Assembly (NCBI GenBank): GCA_965113315.1
Contig: OZ220369.1
Origin: Podarcis vaucheri
Taxonomy: Eukaryota
Direction: 5' to 3' (one strand)
DNA length: 64,000 bases
Part shown: positions 47,906-61,228 of the stretch, one piece after another
Position numbering within the stretch: position 1 is the first letter of the stretch
Layout: every line of letters begins with the position of its first letter
Position numbers and translations under genes: made by a program
The notes under the pieces: model-generated
Database searches by the model: none
What the model saw: the letters and a program-made list of their open reading frames with translations, nothing else
What the model was told of the DNA's origin: nothing

Positions 47906-50899
47906 GTCTGTACTTGGAAGCCATTGTTGAAAATTGGATAAAAAATATGGAGCTAATAATAATCAACAATGGACAAACTCCCTCAGTTTCATTTGGAATG
48001 CTAAGCCAAACTATTTTAATGTTTTTTTAAAAAAATGTTCAATGCTTGCAAGCCTAACTCCAAACATTCATAAACCCCACCATGCACCAAACAATGTCAC
48101 AAGCGCAGGGTTTGAAATTATCACTGCCTGTAACCATACACTTTCAAAACATTCTGTGGGTTATGACCTTGTTTTCTGAAGGAGCTCCACAGCTTTTGAA
48201 TTTTTGTTCTCAGGGACGAGAGCGAGGAACCTGAAGTCTAGGAAGCAAATGTGGCCCTCAATGCCTCCCTATCTATACTTCCATATTTTCCCCACATTAT
48301 GGCCCACTTTCCAGGCCACCCCGTTCCTCACAAGACCTGGCTCGTGCCCTCCTCGAGTGTTTTTGCCTGGCTGGAATCTGTCCCTGAGCTGCAATAGTGC
48401 CTCTTGATTGTATGGGTGAGGATGGAGGAGCATATGAGTAGAAACCTCTGGCTTTGTGGAACTGGGATGCAGCCCACTCTTCAAAGGTAAGCGTCACATC
48501 CTTTACTCCATCCACTTTGCTTCCTGCCTCACCTGCTGCTTCCCTGCAGCCCACAGAAGATTGCCTACCAGGGAATGCGGTCCTGGGCCTAGGGATGCAG
48601 CATACTGTCAGTTCCCATGCTGACATTCCTTAAAGAAAGGGCTTTCTCCATTTCATGGCTCCTTGCACTCCACAAAACAAACCACAATTTGTTTTGTTTG
48701 TTTGTTTCGATGACAGTTCTTTACGTAATTAACCTCAGCATGTTTTCCTTTCATATTGGCTCTAGAGGCAGATGCATCTCAACCCCTCAGGGAGCTAAAA
48801 AGATGCTTGGCATGGCTACCTTGGCTGGCCAGGGGGGGGGGGGGTGTCACCTCTACATCTCTGATGCTCAGGCAGAGACAAGAAGAACTGAGAGCTGAGT
48901 AAACTTCTGGGGCTGGGGGGTGGGCAAATACAGTCACAGTGCAAACCTAAAATGCCTGCTCAGAAGTGTCACTGAATAAAGTGGCACTTACTCCTAGGTA
49001 AGTATACGACTCTAGCATTAAATATAAAATAGATGGATAAATAAATCTTATGTCTCCCATTATATATTTGCCTAAGACTGTCATCACATAGCAGTTTGCT
49101 TAGCCACCCGCAGATGGCACTGTGAAATACAGCATGATGGCAGCCTTCTGAGAGTTGCTGGGCCAATGCAACAGTGGCAGAGGGGGGAGGAGGGAGGTGG
49201 TGGCAGGTGGCCCAGGTGAACCAATGGTGCCATTTCAGCCGAAGTAGCAGAGAGCAAGGAGGAAGGAAGCAGCAGCCAGTGGGAGAGTAGGACAGGAGCT
49301 GAGGAGATACCCTGTCCTGTCTTGAGTGTTCCTCCGTAGCTTCCTGGGGCACCAACCTTCCTGCATCTCTAACTCTTTTTGTTCTGTTCTTATGTGTCCT
49401 CATGCCTAGCATTAGGATGGCTTAGGTTGCTTTAGCCTGCAACAATCCAACCCCCCCATTTGTGGGAAGAAGTCCAATTTAATTCAATAGGACTTAGTTC
49501 CAAGTCAACATTGTTAGGGCTGCTCAGGAAGACTTCAAATGCCAATGCACCACTTCACCCCACAAATGCTAATATGAAACAGTAGCAGAAACTGTGAATG
49601 CACAATTGCATGCAAGAATCTTTGCACACTGCAGAAGAAATGGCTCGCATCAAGAAGGTGTCAAAAATTTGCAGGGAATTCGAAATATTGGGGAAACTCC
49701 AGATAATAGGACCTGTTCCAGTGGGAGCCTTGGAGAAAAGAACAAAGCAACTGCCTTGCGTGAACACAGAGTCAAAACCCAATTTTATGTATGAGATTTA
49801 CAGGGTAATCCTATGCATGTTTAGTCAGAAGCTTCACTGGGTTCAATGGAGTTTCCATCCAGGTAATGTAATGAAACTTCAATAACATTATTCATTTCAT
49901 AATATTTGCAGATTTGAGGTGGGGGGGATTCTGGGTCAACAATTGCTGCTCACATCTGCATGAAGTATATCTGGGCCTGACAACAAGTGCATGTATGAAC
50001 AGTGGCAAACCTGTTTCTGTTTCCATCAGAATTCCCTGGTGTTCCTACCTGAGGTAGGTAGGTTCCCCACTTCTCCTCAACCAACATTTCTATACTTTCT
50101 GTCAGGCTCTAGCAAGGTGGAAACATCAGATCACTATTTGCAATGTCCTCAAAACGGAACACCCCCAGCATGGCTGATGCAGGGAATAAACCTCTTCCTG
50201 AAAATGATGTAAAACTACCACAGGCCTTGACTTAACTGTGCAGGAAATATATAGTTTAATGTGGGGGCGGGGGCATTGTTCCAGGCTTTGAAATGTTTTA
50301 CAAGAAGTGGGATATCAGATACCACTTAGTCCTTTGGTACTATTTTTCTTCATTAAAAAATGTTGCATTATGTAGAAACGTGGGCAGCTACTGCACAATG
50401 GTATCTCTGAAATGACGCCACTGCATTCAGTAAGGCTTACTCTAAGGCAGCGGTAGAAAAAGTAGTGACCATAGGCAGGAGTGGCGAATCTTGGGTCCTT
50501 CAGATGTTGCTGAACTACAGCTTCCGGCTGACGTAGAAGGCATTGCCAATGTTCAAGGGTGGTGTGGGAAGATGGGATTTAAGAGATAGAGAGGACCAAA
50601 GAATCCTGGGAGCTGTAGTTTGTTAAAGGTACTGAGAGTTATTAGGAGACCCCTCTTCCCCTCATAGAGTTACAGTTCCTGAGTTTCTTGGGGAAGGGAC
50701 TGATTGTTTACATCATTCTGGGGACTGAAGTTCTAGAAGGGGTATCTTAACAACTCCCAGCACATGGAACAAACTATAGTTCCCATGATTCTTTGGGGGG
50801 AAGCTAAGACTGTTGAAACACTATAAAGCAGATATGGCCTAAGTGAACTAAAGAGAGCTTTCTGAGTAAAAAAAAAGTGGGTTAATTGAGGAGGCCTTT

Positions 50900-50902
<3 letters not shown>

Positions 50903-50971
<69 letters not shown>
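50903..50971. repeat. Compound (CT)n(CA)n microsatellite; others at 944-992, 3550-3582, 11744-11783
   Basis: Direct reading. Confidence 0.95.
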
Positions 50972-50974
<3 letters not shown>

Positions 50975-52319
50975 TAAATTTCAATTTGTGTACCTCCTAA
51001 ATGGTAGCTCAGGCTTACACTTGATCAGATACAACAAAAGGTCCCATTGACTTGCAATTGCAAATTGACACTAAGACTCTGCTCTGGACATTGTTGGCTC
51101 TCTCCTTGTTTTTTGTTTTTATTGACTCTCTTCCACTCCAGTTGCCTGGATTACTCACTCCAGACATCATTTGGTATCTGATATTGTGTGGTGCCCTCTA
51201 AAGCCCTCATGTACACCTTGACCTAAATCACTGCATCTCTGCAGTTCATCCTGAATAAATCTTTCCCTTGACCTCACAACAATACAAATTTAGCTCTTTC
51301 ATATCCCCTGTTCTTGCCCTCTTTGCTCTTTGCAGCTGGCTTTTCCCATCTTTTTTTTATCTCAACTTGGCATTAACTTTAGAAAACAATTTCTTCCTTT
51401 CTTGTTAGAGAGTCCATGTGTGTGTATGTGTACGGATAACCCTATTTGCATTTGTAAATTACAGCAGGACTCTGTCATTAGAGATAATTTGAGAAAAAAC
51501 TAAATTCACATGAAATTAAACACAGAATTAATAAATTGCATTAGAATTGGTTATGCCAGTTGTCTCAAAGGTGGCTTTAGAATAGAATTAGACACATTTA
51601 AGGAGGGTAGTTCAATGTGTAGTAGACTTTGACCACTGGAAACATCAGTAGAAAGGTAGATTTATGTCTGTGTAAGTTGGAAGGAAGGAAGAACAATAGG
51701 AGGTGGAGCCAGAATCAATGGCAGGCTGAACCAACTAAATCTAGTTTGGTCCCCATCCTCCTCCTCCCTGCTGACTGAGACAAAGTAAGAGGAAGCTGAC
51801 AGTCAGTGCCAGTCCCTGGACTGGCTAGAAGTAAGAATGCATACAGGTGGGACTTGCTGAGAACAGACTAAGGTTGATGGGGTGTTGCCCAATCCACCCT
51901 ACTGGACTAGCTACCACTGACCGGAAGAAAGGGACATATTAAAGTACTCCATTGATACTCACACTCTTCCCTGACACAATGCTCCCCTGAAGTTTTGGAC
52001 CACAACTCCCATCAGCACCAGCCAACACAGCCATGGCTGAGACTGATGGGAGTTATAGTTCAAAGCATTTGGAGTGCATTAGGCTGGAAAGGCTGCTTTA
52101 CCCCCTTTAGCAAGGTGGTAGGTCTGAGCAAACCTTCTTCAAAGTCCAGGAGCCAACCATGCATTGTAGGAAATTCTTTCTTCTCCAGTCAAATACTGCC
52201 GCCATCATTAAAACAAAACATGCTAATGAAAAATGCTAATGCTAACAAAACATTAGCTTGCCTCTAATGCATAAGGCACAAAGATGTGGTCAGAAATCAA
52301 AAAATGAGTTTTGTGGTTA

Positions 52320-53100
52320 ATGGGGGGAGCATCTACAGTTCCAACATGAATTTAATAGCTTTCATCACCCAGTTATGGCACAATTTTTGACATTACTCTA
52401 GCACAAAATTATGTCGTGTTATGTTGCTGAGACTCATTAGACATAAATCATGCGAGGCCTTTGCCAGATAGATAAAGAGGCAAGCGTGTCTCCTGCAATC
52501 ATTTTTTTGTAAGTACTACCTGTACCTTTTGGCTGGTGTGAGATGATGACTGTAGACGGGTGCCCTGTTTATTGTTTGTTGCACTTTGCCCAGGGAACAT
52601 GAGCCTGCTGCACTTTTCATTGCTTTTTACTCTGCCGTGTATTAAAAGGACAAACTTCCCCTCTCTGACACATGTATTGTTTGGCAGAACAAAAGATCTG
52701 CCATGGCAGGACCAGCCACCGTCTGTGGAGGATAAACAAATAAATGTACTCACTTATGTGTCTGTCACTTTTATGAGTTGCTCCGAGAGGTACATCACTC
52801 ACCGCTTTCCTGCACCCTTTAGTTAAATCCCTGTCGGCATCTTATTATCGCCGCCGCCGCCCTTCACCTTTTGAAGTTGCTGCAGCGGGCTGCAGAATTA
52901 AAAGGTTCATTTTCTGGGCCCTTCCTATGGATTCCGTTGTTTTGATGGCAACTAGTCAGGCCTGCAAGCCCATGGCAACTTGCAGCGAGCAACAGGCACA
53001 TCGCACGGGGGTAGCGATTAATCTCCTCTCAGGCACACAGGTGACATTTCTATTGTCAAGACATAAACCAGTGTAGCTTGCAGGGAAATAAGCTGGCTCT
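52320..53100. promoter_or_regulatory. Candidate conserved non-coding element / enhancer
   Basis: Repeat-free, retains CpGs, RFX-like motifs (52936-52952; CCATGGCAAC 52970-79), homeodomain-like sites; no conservation data available. Confidence 0.4.
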
Positions 53101-53589
53101 TCAGCAAGGATAATATGTTACACAGACAGCATTCAGTGCCAAAGAGTCTTCTTTTCTTTTCTCTTACTGGTAATGTTTAATAGTAATTGCCAAAAGCTAC
53201 TGTTTATGGAGGGCATGAATGCATTTGCTGAATATAAACAGTTCTGCTCCAGAGACCAGTCTCCATTCCTTTCCAAGAAATTTGCCTGTGACACTTCCCT
53301 GGGGAGTTAAAGCTGACACTTGTGAGGCTGTGTGTACACACAAAATAATTAGGTGACCCAGGTAGAAGTTGCTTTACCATTCTGTGGGTACAAACCAGGT
53401 CATGAAGAGTTGGGGAAGAACCAAGGATCAGTAGTAGAGCACATCCTTAGCATGCAGAATGTGCCACACTGCAGTGGCTTCAAAAATGCTTCTGCCTTTG
53501 TGGAAATTGTAGGTGGGTGGCGCCAGTTTATAGGATCTTTTTGTGTATGTTGCATTGTTTAGACATAGAACTACTTAGGGGTAACGTGA

Positions 53590-54010
53590 TGTGGCGAGAA
53601 AAGTTTTTCTCCTCTGTCGTCATACTAGAATTCATGCACATCCAATGAAGCTGAATGCTGGAAAATTCAGGACAGACAAAAATAAACAACTTTTTCACAC
53701 AGAGCATAGATAAACTATGGAATTTATTCCCCAAAGACGTAGTGATGACCACCAACTTGAATGGCTTTAGAAGAGAAGTAGACAGGATGGGGCCATCCAT
53801 GGCCACCAGCTACCACCTTCAGTGTCAATATTACTTCTAGTAGCAAAGCTGGCATGACTCTGAATACCAGTCGCTGAGAATTGCTGGACATTACAGGTGG
53901 TGTGAGTGCTTTTGGGCTTAGGTCCAAACATTTCTATAGCTAGTGTAGGCTTCTCATAGGCCACTGTGAGAACAGGATACTGGACTAGCTGGGTCTTTAG
54001 CCTGGTCCAC
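53590..54010 (+). mobile_element. CR1 3' fragment, decayed
   Basis: NSGQTKINNFFTQSIDKLWNLFPKDVVMTTNLNGFRREVD resembles the CR1 ORF2 terminal motif. Confidence 0.65.
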
Positions 54011-54412
54011 AGGGTTCCCAGAACTTCTGTCCCTCTTTCCTTTTAACATATTTATAAGAACAAAACACCTTTGCTTACACAGCAGCTTTCCTGCCAAAAA
54101 CCAGCCCCAAAGTATGTTTTTACATATAAACATGCAGATTTGTGCCCTGAGTCTTTTAAAGACCTAGCAATGTCTCCACAAGGCATGCTCTCTCTGCTTT
54201 CTAGCTTCATGCTTTCTGAGATTCAGTTCAACACGAGGAGTAAGGTGGAATCATCATTCCATAAACCAATAATCAGAAACACCTGAAAGCAGTTATAAAC
54301 CATCACTTCAATCAAGCAGATTGCTCAGCTGGTTTGTAGCTGCGCCATCCAAGCAGTACTTATTTACCAGTAAATTATTAAGGTGCAAAGTCCATAAATC
54401 TTAGAAAGGGTG

Positions 54413-54600
54413 AGGAAGGGCTGTGGCTCAGATGTAGAGAACCTGCTATGCATGCAAATAGCTGCAGGTTCCATTCCCCACATTTCAATTTAGGGCTTGG
54501 ACATACCCCTGCCTGAAAAACCTGGACAGCAACTACCAGGCAGTATAGAAAGTACTGACCTAGATGCTCTGAGTCAGTCAGAAGAAGGCAGCTTCTTATG
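54413..54600 (+). mobile_element. tRNA-derived SINE, decayed
   Basis: Same family as 35489. Confidence 0.65.
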
Positions 54601-54729
54601 AGGAGACATAGGTGGGAGCTGAGTGGGAAGCAAAGGTGGACAAACTACCCCAGAAGAAGCATGGCATGTCCCCCACCAGAGATACCACCCCTCTCTTAAC
54701 ATCCCATACACAACAAACAAACACACATA

Positions 54730-54943
54730 CAGTGGTACCTCGGGTCACAAACGCTTTAGGTTACAGACTCTGCTAACCCAGAAGTAGCACCTCGGGTTAA
54801 GAACTTTACTTCAGGATGAGAACAAAATCGCTCGGCAGCAGCGGGAGGCCCCATTAGATAAAGTGGTTCCTCAGGTTAAGAACAGTTTCAGGTTAAGAAC
54901 GGACCTCCAGAATGAATTAAGTTCTTAACCAGAGGTACCACTG
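54730..54943. mobile_element. Same TA-target MITE family
   Basis: TA-CAGTGGTACCTC...GAGGTACCACTG-TA. Confidence 0.9.
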
Positions 54944-56999
54944 TATAATTAATTACAAAACATTTTACTGGGTGGACATTGAGATGTATAATGTAGAGTA
55001 TTTTTGGTCAGAACTCCAGCAGAATGGAAACAGCGCTGCATGCATCAAACCAAGGGCAGAATATATACCAATATTTCCTTACATCTCTACACAGATTGCT
55101 ACTGCTTGAGGTGGGGGGTTTTCCATTCATATAATTTCATTTCATTTCATTAAATTTATATTCCACCCTTCCTCTCAAAGGAGTCTGGGTAGCCCAACAT
55201 AGCAGCCATCCCAAATAAATGGCATTTTGCTCATTTACCTCGCCATTTGCTTGGAATCACAGCTACTAGTTCCATACAGGTAGAATATCTATTCACAAAA
55301 GAATAATGGCAATTCTTTTTCACGAGACACTTTAAAACCCTCCTGCTGTGCCATCGATAAAGGCGTGAAAAGCTTCTCTATGGGGAGATATTGTAAAACA
55401 ACCCTTTATGTATGATTATAACGCAGATTAATGCTGTGCATTAATCCAGGTTCAGGCGCTTGCTGTTTGCGAGAGCACTCTGCGGTTTGCCAAACAACCA
55501 GTCATAAATGCTACTGCTCAATATTACTCCCAATGACATTTGAGCAATATCCTCCTCCTGCTTTCTTTCATAGCCCTTTAGGAATTTGTCCTGCTTCATT
55601 GTATAACGGCCTTGGAGAGCAGGAAATTAGAGGTGGGAATACAAAAAGAACAAAGTAATCCTGCTTGCGGTGTCAAATTAGAAGATACAGTGCAGTGAAA
55701 GAATGCCACGTCCTCCTCCCCCCTCCACCCCCTCCCAACTCAGACACTACAGTTGTTAATCCAGTACAGAAAGAATAGAAATCACTCTTAGGGGTTGGTG
55801 TGTTTACCAAACAGCTACTTTCAAAGCCCCTTTAGTAGGGACAAGCAATTCCCTGTTCTCCAAGAACAGCCTAATGCATAATGCATAAGGTTATGGGGAG
55901 GGGGGGAGTGTATTCACGAGGGTGGCTTGGCTTCCATCAAAAAGAGAACAGTGAGAAATTATGATAGAACAATTTTCATTTCTGCCACATTGTTTTTATA
56001 GTACATTCATGCCTGGGAATTGGAGGCTTTGGAGTCTGGTCTGCTGTAGCTGTTGTGGGGCCTGTCGCTATTTTCTCGCTGACAGTGACACTAAAAACAA
56101 CAGCACCCCAAAACAAAAACAAACAAAAACACACACGCCCGGAGATAGTTGTGGAATGCAAGTTGAATCCCTGCCTGTCCACTTTTGCTGTGTTACAAAA
56201 GAAAGAAAGAAACAGTTTAGGGAATGTTGTGGGGGGGGGGTGGAGCAAATACATTCTGCAGCTGGCATAGGATGGTGTCAACAGAATTGGAGCTTCATGG
56301 TCCCCTATTGAAGAACCTCACATTGTGTATGATGATGTGTGATGATGCGGCTGAGCAGTGGCAAAGGCAGGTAGAAAGCAAGGAAAGCTTTAGTAAACCT
56401 GCCAAGTAAATATTTCTAAAAGAATCCTTGGCCATCTCTTAATAATTTTCTGTGAACATATTGAGAATAAACAAATAAAAGGAAGTGCGGTCTTTTTTCC
56501 CATTTCCATTTCATATTTTTTTTACAAATTATCTCCCCTAGTGGCTTTCATCTGATCAAACATTGGAGTCTTCTTAACAGCTGGCTTCATTTTCTCCTTT
56601 ACCTGTAAGAGCAAAGGCATGGTAAAATCAGCAGCATATTGGAATTCCCTGGTACAATTAGCAAGCAAAAAGACTTTGTGTAATGTATAGGCTGTTTGTT
56701 TTTTATGGAAATTAGAGGGATAGATTGTACAAACAACATCAAGTGTCTCTTATCTTTGGGTAAGCCATTAGACCTGCAATCCTACGTGCACCTACTCAGG
56801 AGGAAGACCCATTTGGATGTAGCCGGGATGCTTCAGAGTAGAAATGCTTATGTAACCCACGCTGTTATTCTTATTATTAAGGGCAGGAGAATACACTGCA
56901 AAACCAATAGAAGGTCTATTCAGCTGACCTTTCATCCTCTTTTCCCCACACTACTGGAGTACTATACTGGAGTATAGTAGTGATGTATGTACTGGAGTA

Positions 57000-57431
57000 T
57001 AGTAGTGATGTATGGAAGTGAGAGCTGGACCATAAGGAAGGCTGATCGCCAAAGAATTGATGCTTTTGACGTATGGTCTGGAGGAGACTCTTGAGAGTCC
57101 CATGGACTGCAAGAAGATCAAACCTCTCCATTCTTAAGGAAATCAGCCCTGAGTGCTCACTGGAAGGACAGATCCTGAAGCTGAGGCTCCAATACTCTGG
57201 CCACCTCATGAGAAGAGAAGACTCCCTGGAAAAGACCCTGATGTTGGGAAAGATGGAGGGCACAAGGAGAAGGGGACAACAGAGGACGAGATGGTTGGAT
57301 AGTGTTCTCAAAGCTACCAGCATGAGTTTGACCAAACTGTGGGAGGCAGTGGAAGACAGCAGTGCCTGGTGTGCTCTGGTCCATGGGGTCACGAAGAGTC
57401 GGACACGACTAAACGACTAAACAACAACAAC
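57000..57431 (+). mobile_element. RTE-BovB LINE 3' fragment
   Basis: WRRLLRVPWTARRSNLSILKEISPECSLEGQILKLRLQYSGHLMRREDSLEKTLMLGK; (CAA)n tail; TSD actggagtac (56953-62, 57432-41). Confidence 0.95.
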
Positions 57432-58904
57432 ACTGGAGTACACCTAGTAACCTGCTTTTCAGGGGAAATTCCAGAAAGTCAGTTTGAAAGATGAGGCAGA
57501 GGGGCTGTTCCACAGGAGTTTGGATGAGACCTGGGTGTTGTTTTGAGCCTGTTTTCAGCCACTGCAGTTTCTCCAGGTTCCATGTTGTGTGATGCAGCAG
57601 AGAATGCTTGAAAGGAAATGTAAACTTTATCTTTATCAGAACATGTGCTTTGAATGTTGAAATCTCTTGAACTGTTACTTCTTCAAAGTGTTTTTCTTCT
57701 CTTTTGTCTAGTGGAGCCCCAGGGCTGCTAAAGATGCGGTATACCCTGCTTGATGTATATTCAGTGAGTAATAATTATATATACAGTAGAAACATATATT
57801 TAGTTTATAAATTATTTGCTGCTGGTGTTTTCTTCATTAGATAGGCTAGCGCAAGCACGGATGGAGGGACCACTTTGCAGATCAGACTGAACCTGCAAAC
57901 TGCTGGTGATTTGTGGCTACATATAGGATTGCATTGAGTGGAGAGCAAGTTGACTAAAGATAGTTGTAAACCTACTGTCTGTTTCAGGGTGTTCCGGACA
58001 TCTAGGTTAAACCATGATAAATTAATTTTCAGACATTGTACCAAACCAGCCAGCTGAGAGAGTTTGAAAATGCTATTCTCAGCAGTTTCCATGCACTTCG
58101 TGCTAGGATCTTCGTGACAAATTCATCAAACTATTTTCATTTCACTTCTCAGCCCAAAAGCTGCAGGCATCTCCTCTTGACCCTACCAATCAGGATCTTG
58201 GGCTAGTGTGTCATCAGGATTCACTAATATTAATTTCCTCACTGAATGATAAGGGAAAGAATGCTAAGATTTTGTCTAGTATATTAAGAGTACACTAGAA
58301 CAAGATTGTAAAAGTAAGTTGCAAGGAATAACAAAGTACTAGAATGGTTCATGAGGCATAATAGATTAATTCATAATTATATAGAAATCCAAAGAAACTA
58401 AAGATACCTTAATTAAAGATCTAGTAATTTGCCACAGCTATACACAACATTACAGTCATTAAACATCAGGAGTGGTGAACCAGAAACAAACTCAAGTGTT
58501 GTATGATTGCACACTGTGTCCAATCTAATTTTTCAGCTAATTTTAGTAGCTCATGAGATGTTTAGCCAACTGAATACAGTTTGCTTTTGCTTGTTTCAAA
58601 TCATTTTGGATACCGCAGAGCCCTATGGTAAGGGAAACAATGGGATAAAATTGCAACCTAATTATCACTGGTTGTATGCTCTATAATGTACTTGTATAAA
58701 ATCAGGTGTGATGTAAAGATATTGTAATAGTCAGTTAATTCAGTGTTTCACTGCCGGGAAAAGCATGAGTTCTCCAACTTACAGCTTGTGTCTCATCTGT
58801 TTTGGCCTTGATAAACAGCTGTCCCTCCTCAGAAACTCTCTTTCTTTCTGGTTACATCCAGGAGCAGAACTGGTGACCACCTCCAGGCCAGAACAGGGGA
58901 ACTA

Positions 58905-59146
58905 CATTGGTACCCCAGGTTAAGAACTTAATTCGTTCCGGAGGTCCATTCTTAACCTGAAACTGTTCTTAACCTGAAGCACCACTTTAGCTAATGGGGC
59001 CTCCTGCTGCTGCCGTGCCGCCGGAGCCCGATTTCTGTTCTTATCCTGAAGCAAAGTATTTAACCTGAAGCACTATTTCTGGGTTAGCGGAGTGTGTAAC
59101 CCGAAGCGTATGTAACCTGAAGCGTATGTAACCCAAGGTACCACTG
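58905..59146. mobile_element. Same TA-target MITE family (opposite orientation)
   Basis: TA-CATTGGTACC...GGTACCACTG-TA. Confidence 0.88.
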
Positions 59147-60624
59147 TACTACCACACAGTTCTTCATGTGAGACAGCAGGCTTGATGGCAACTATAATGT
59201 CTCCCATTTCTTAGTGGTCATACAAATTACTTGTGGGGATGAGTTCCTCATTTTTTTTCCAGATCAGTTCTCCATATTTACGCATCAGTTTGCAATTAAA
59301 GAAGAAAAAAATTCTCATGTAAATTTATCTACTTTTTATTTCATTTTTTTCCTGTAACATTCTGTATGCACTTTTACCCAATATGATACATTTTTGTACA
59401 CTATATTCAATAATCTATGCATTTTTATGCCCATGTCTACATGACATATGTATTTTATGCATGTTGTTTCACTGAATACTTGCATTTCAAGATTTGGAGC
59501 ATTACAAATTTAGAAGGGTGGGCGTGCTTTGATTCACATCCAGTTTCAGAAAGTGAATTTGGTAAGTTCACCTTTAAAAGAGAAGTGAATTGGATTTCTC
59601 CCTCATTTCTAATAATAGCTGTGTATTTTATTTATTTATTCAGAAATGTACATGTTAAATATCTATTTTCTTCCATTTTAATTCTATTTTACATTCTGTA
59701 ATTTGGGATTCTTTATTTTACTTTAACGAAATTTATGTATTGCTAAATTGTGAAAAAATAACCACCTCTAAGCAGTCTGCTAAAATTTTAAAATTATCAA
59801 TCGAAACAGTAAAAAAGCAATTAAAACATTTTAAAATAATTGAAAATAATGGTAAAAGAAATTTAAATGTGCCAACATTTATGTGCTTGAATAAATATTT
59901 TCCTTCTTTTTCTATTCTCTCTCTCCCCCCCCCATTCCTTCTTTTTCTATTCCTTTTCCCCCATTCCCATCCCAATCCAATCAGCCCTAGGAGGAAAACC
60001 TGTACCCTGGATGTCTGAATACCAGCTTCCTTGCCTTTCAAAAGACGTTTCATGAGCATAGGCCCCTGAGGAAAGAAACAATGCCTTTTGGCGGATGTTT
60101 TACAAGGCTAGACTATTGCGAAAAGACACAATTCTGAAGGCTGGTCAGATTGTTTGCTCAATGGCTTGCTCACCTCATTTGGAAGGCTTTGGAAGGGGTT
60201 CCCTAGTGAACGGAGCTATGCAGACACTTACCTGCAGGCTTCTAAGAGATAAAGAAATTATCTCTACTGAGAGGAGCAGATGAGAACTTCAGTAAGGTCA
60301 GGTTAATACAGTAAGAGAACAGCAGAAAACTGAATTGTTTCTGATCAATGCAGGGCATATGCTGAGAAGACCAGAAAAAGCTGGGAGCTTAAAAGGACAT
60401 GAAGGCAGCTGTAATCTAACAGGCATTATTCAGGCTTTGTCCAACAAGAGGATCAGAATTCAGAAGTCATCTGATCTTGGAAACGTCAGGCTCCAGACAG
60501 ACAATCAAGTTCTGGAATTAGTGGAGAGAGAGAGGAGAAGTGAAAAAAGCAGCTGGATCATCCAAATCAGGTAGGAGTCCAATTCCAGAGTAGCAGAGGC
60601 CAGATGCAGCCACACAGAGGAAGC

Positions 60625-61228
60625 AAACATGAGAACATAAGAAGATCCTGTTGGAGCAGGCCAATGCCCCCTCTAGTCCAGCATCCTATACTCACCATGG
60701 CCAGCCAGACTCTCTGGGAAGCCTGCAAGCAGAACCTGAGTACAACAGTTCCCTTCCCACTTGCAGTGTCCAGTGACTGGTATTCAAAGTTGTTCTCACT
60801 CCAACCGTGAAGGTATAACATAGCCTTGTCCTTCCTGAATTTGTTTAATCTGCTTTTTGAATTATCAAAATGGATGGCTATCACTATCTTTTGTAGGAGA
60901 AAAATTCAATTTCTTTGCACTGTGCAAAGAAATCATTTGTTTGGTCTGTCTTGATTGAATATTCTGACATTCAGCTTCATTGCAAGTCCCCAGATTCTAG
61001 TACTATTAGAGAAGAAAAACTTGTCTCTATCCACTTTCTCCAAACCATGCAGTCTTATACAGTCCCTCCCCCCTTACTTATCTCTTTTTATCCCCTATAC
61101 TAGAATGCCTGAAATGTTAGTTTAGTTGATCCACCACCTTGATCATCTTGGTCGCCCTTTTCTGAACCTTTGCCAACTATACAATGTGCTTTTTGAACTG
61201 AAGCAAGCAGAACTGTACACAGTATTAC
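60625..61228 (-). mobile_element. CR1 3' fragment, decayed
   Basis: aacatgagaacataagaaga tail then CR1-like UTR/ORF2 remnants. Confidence 0.65.

Noticed and set aside
49594-49885. Protein-looking short ORFs
   Set aside because: No family recognised and no splice-site support.
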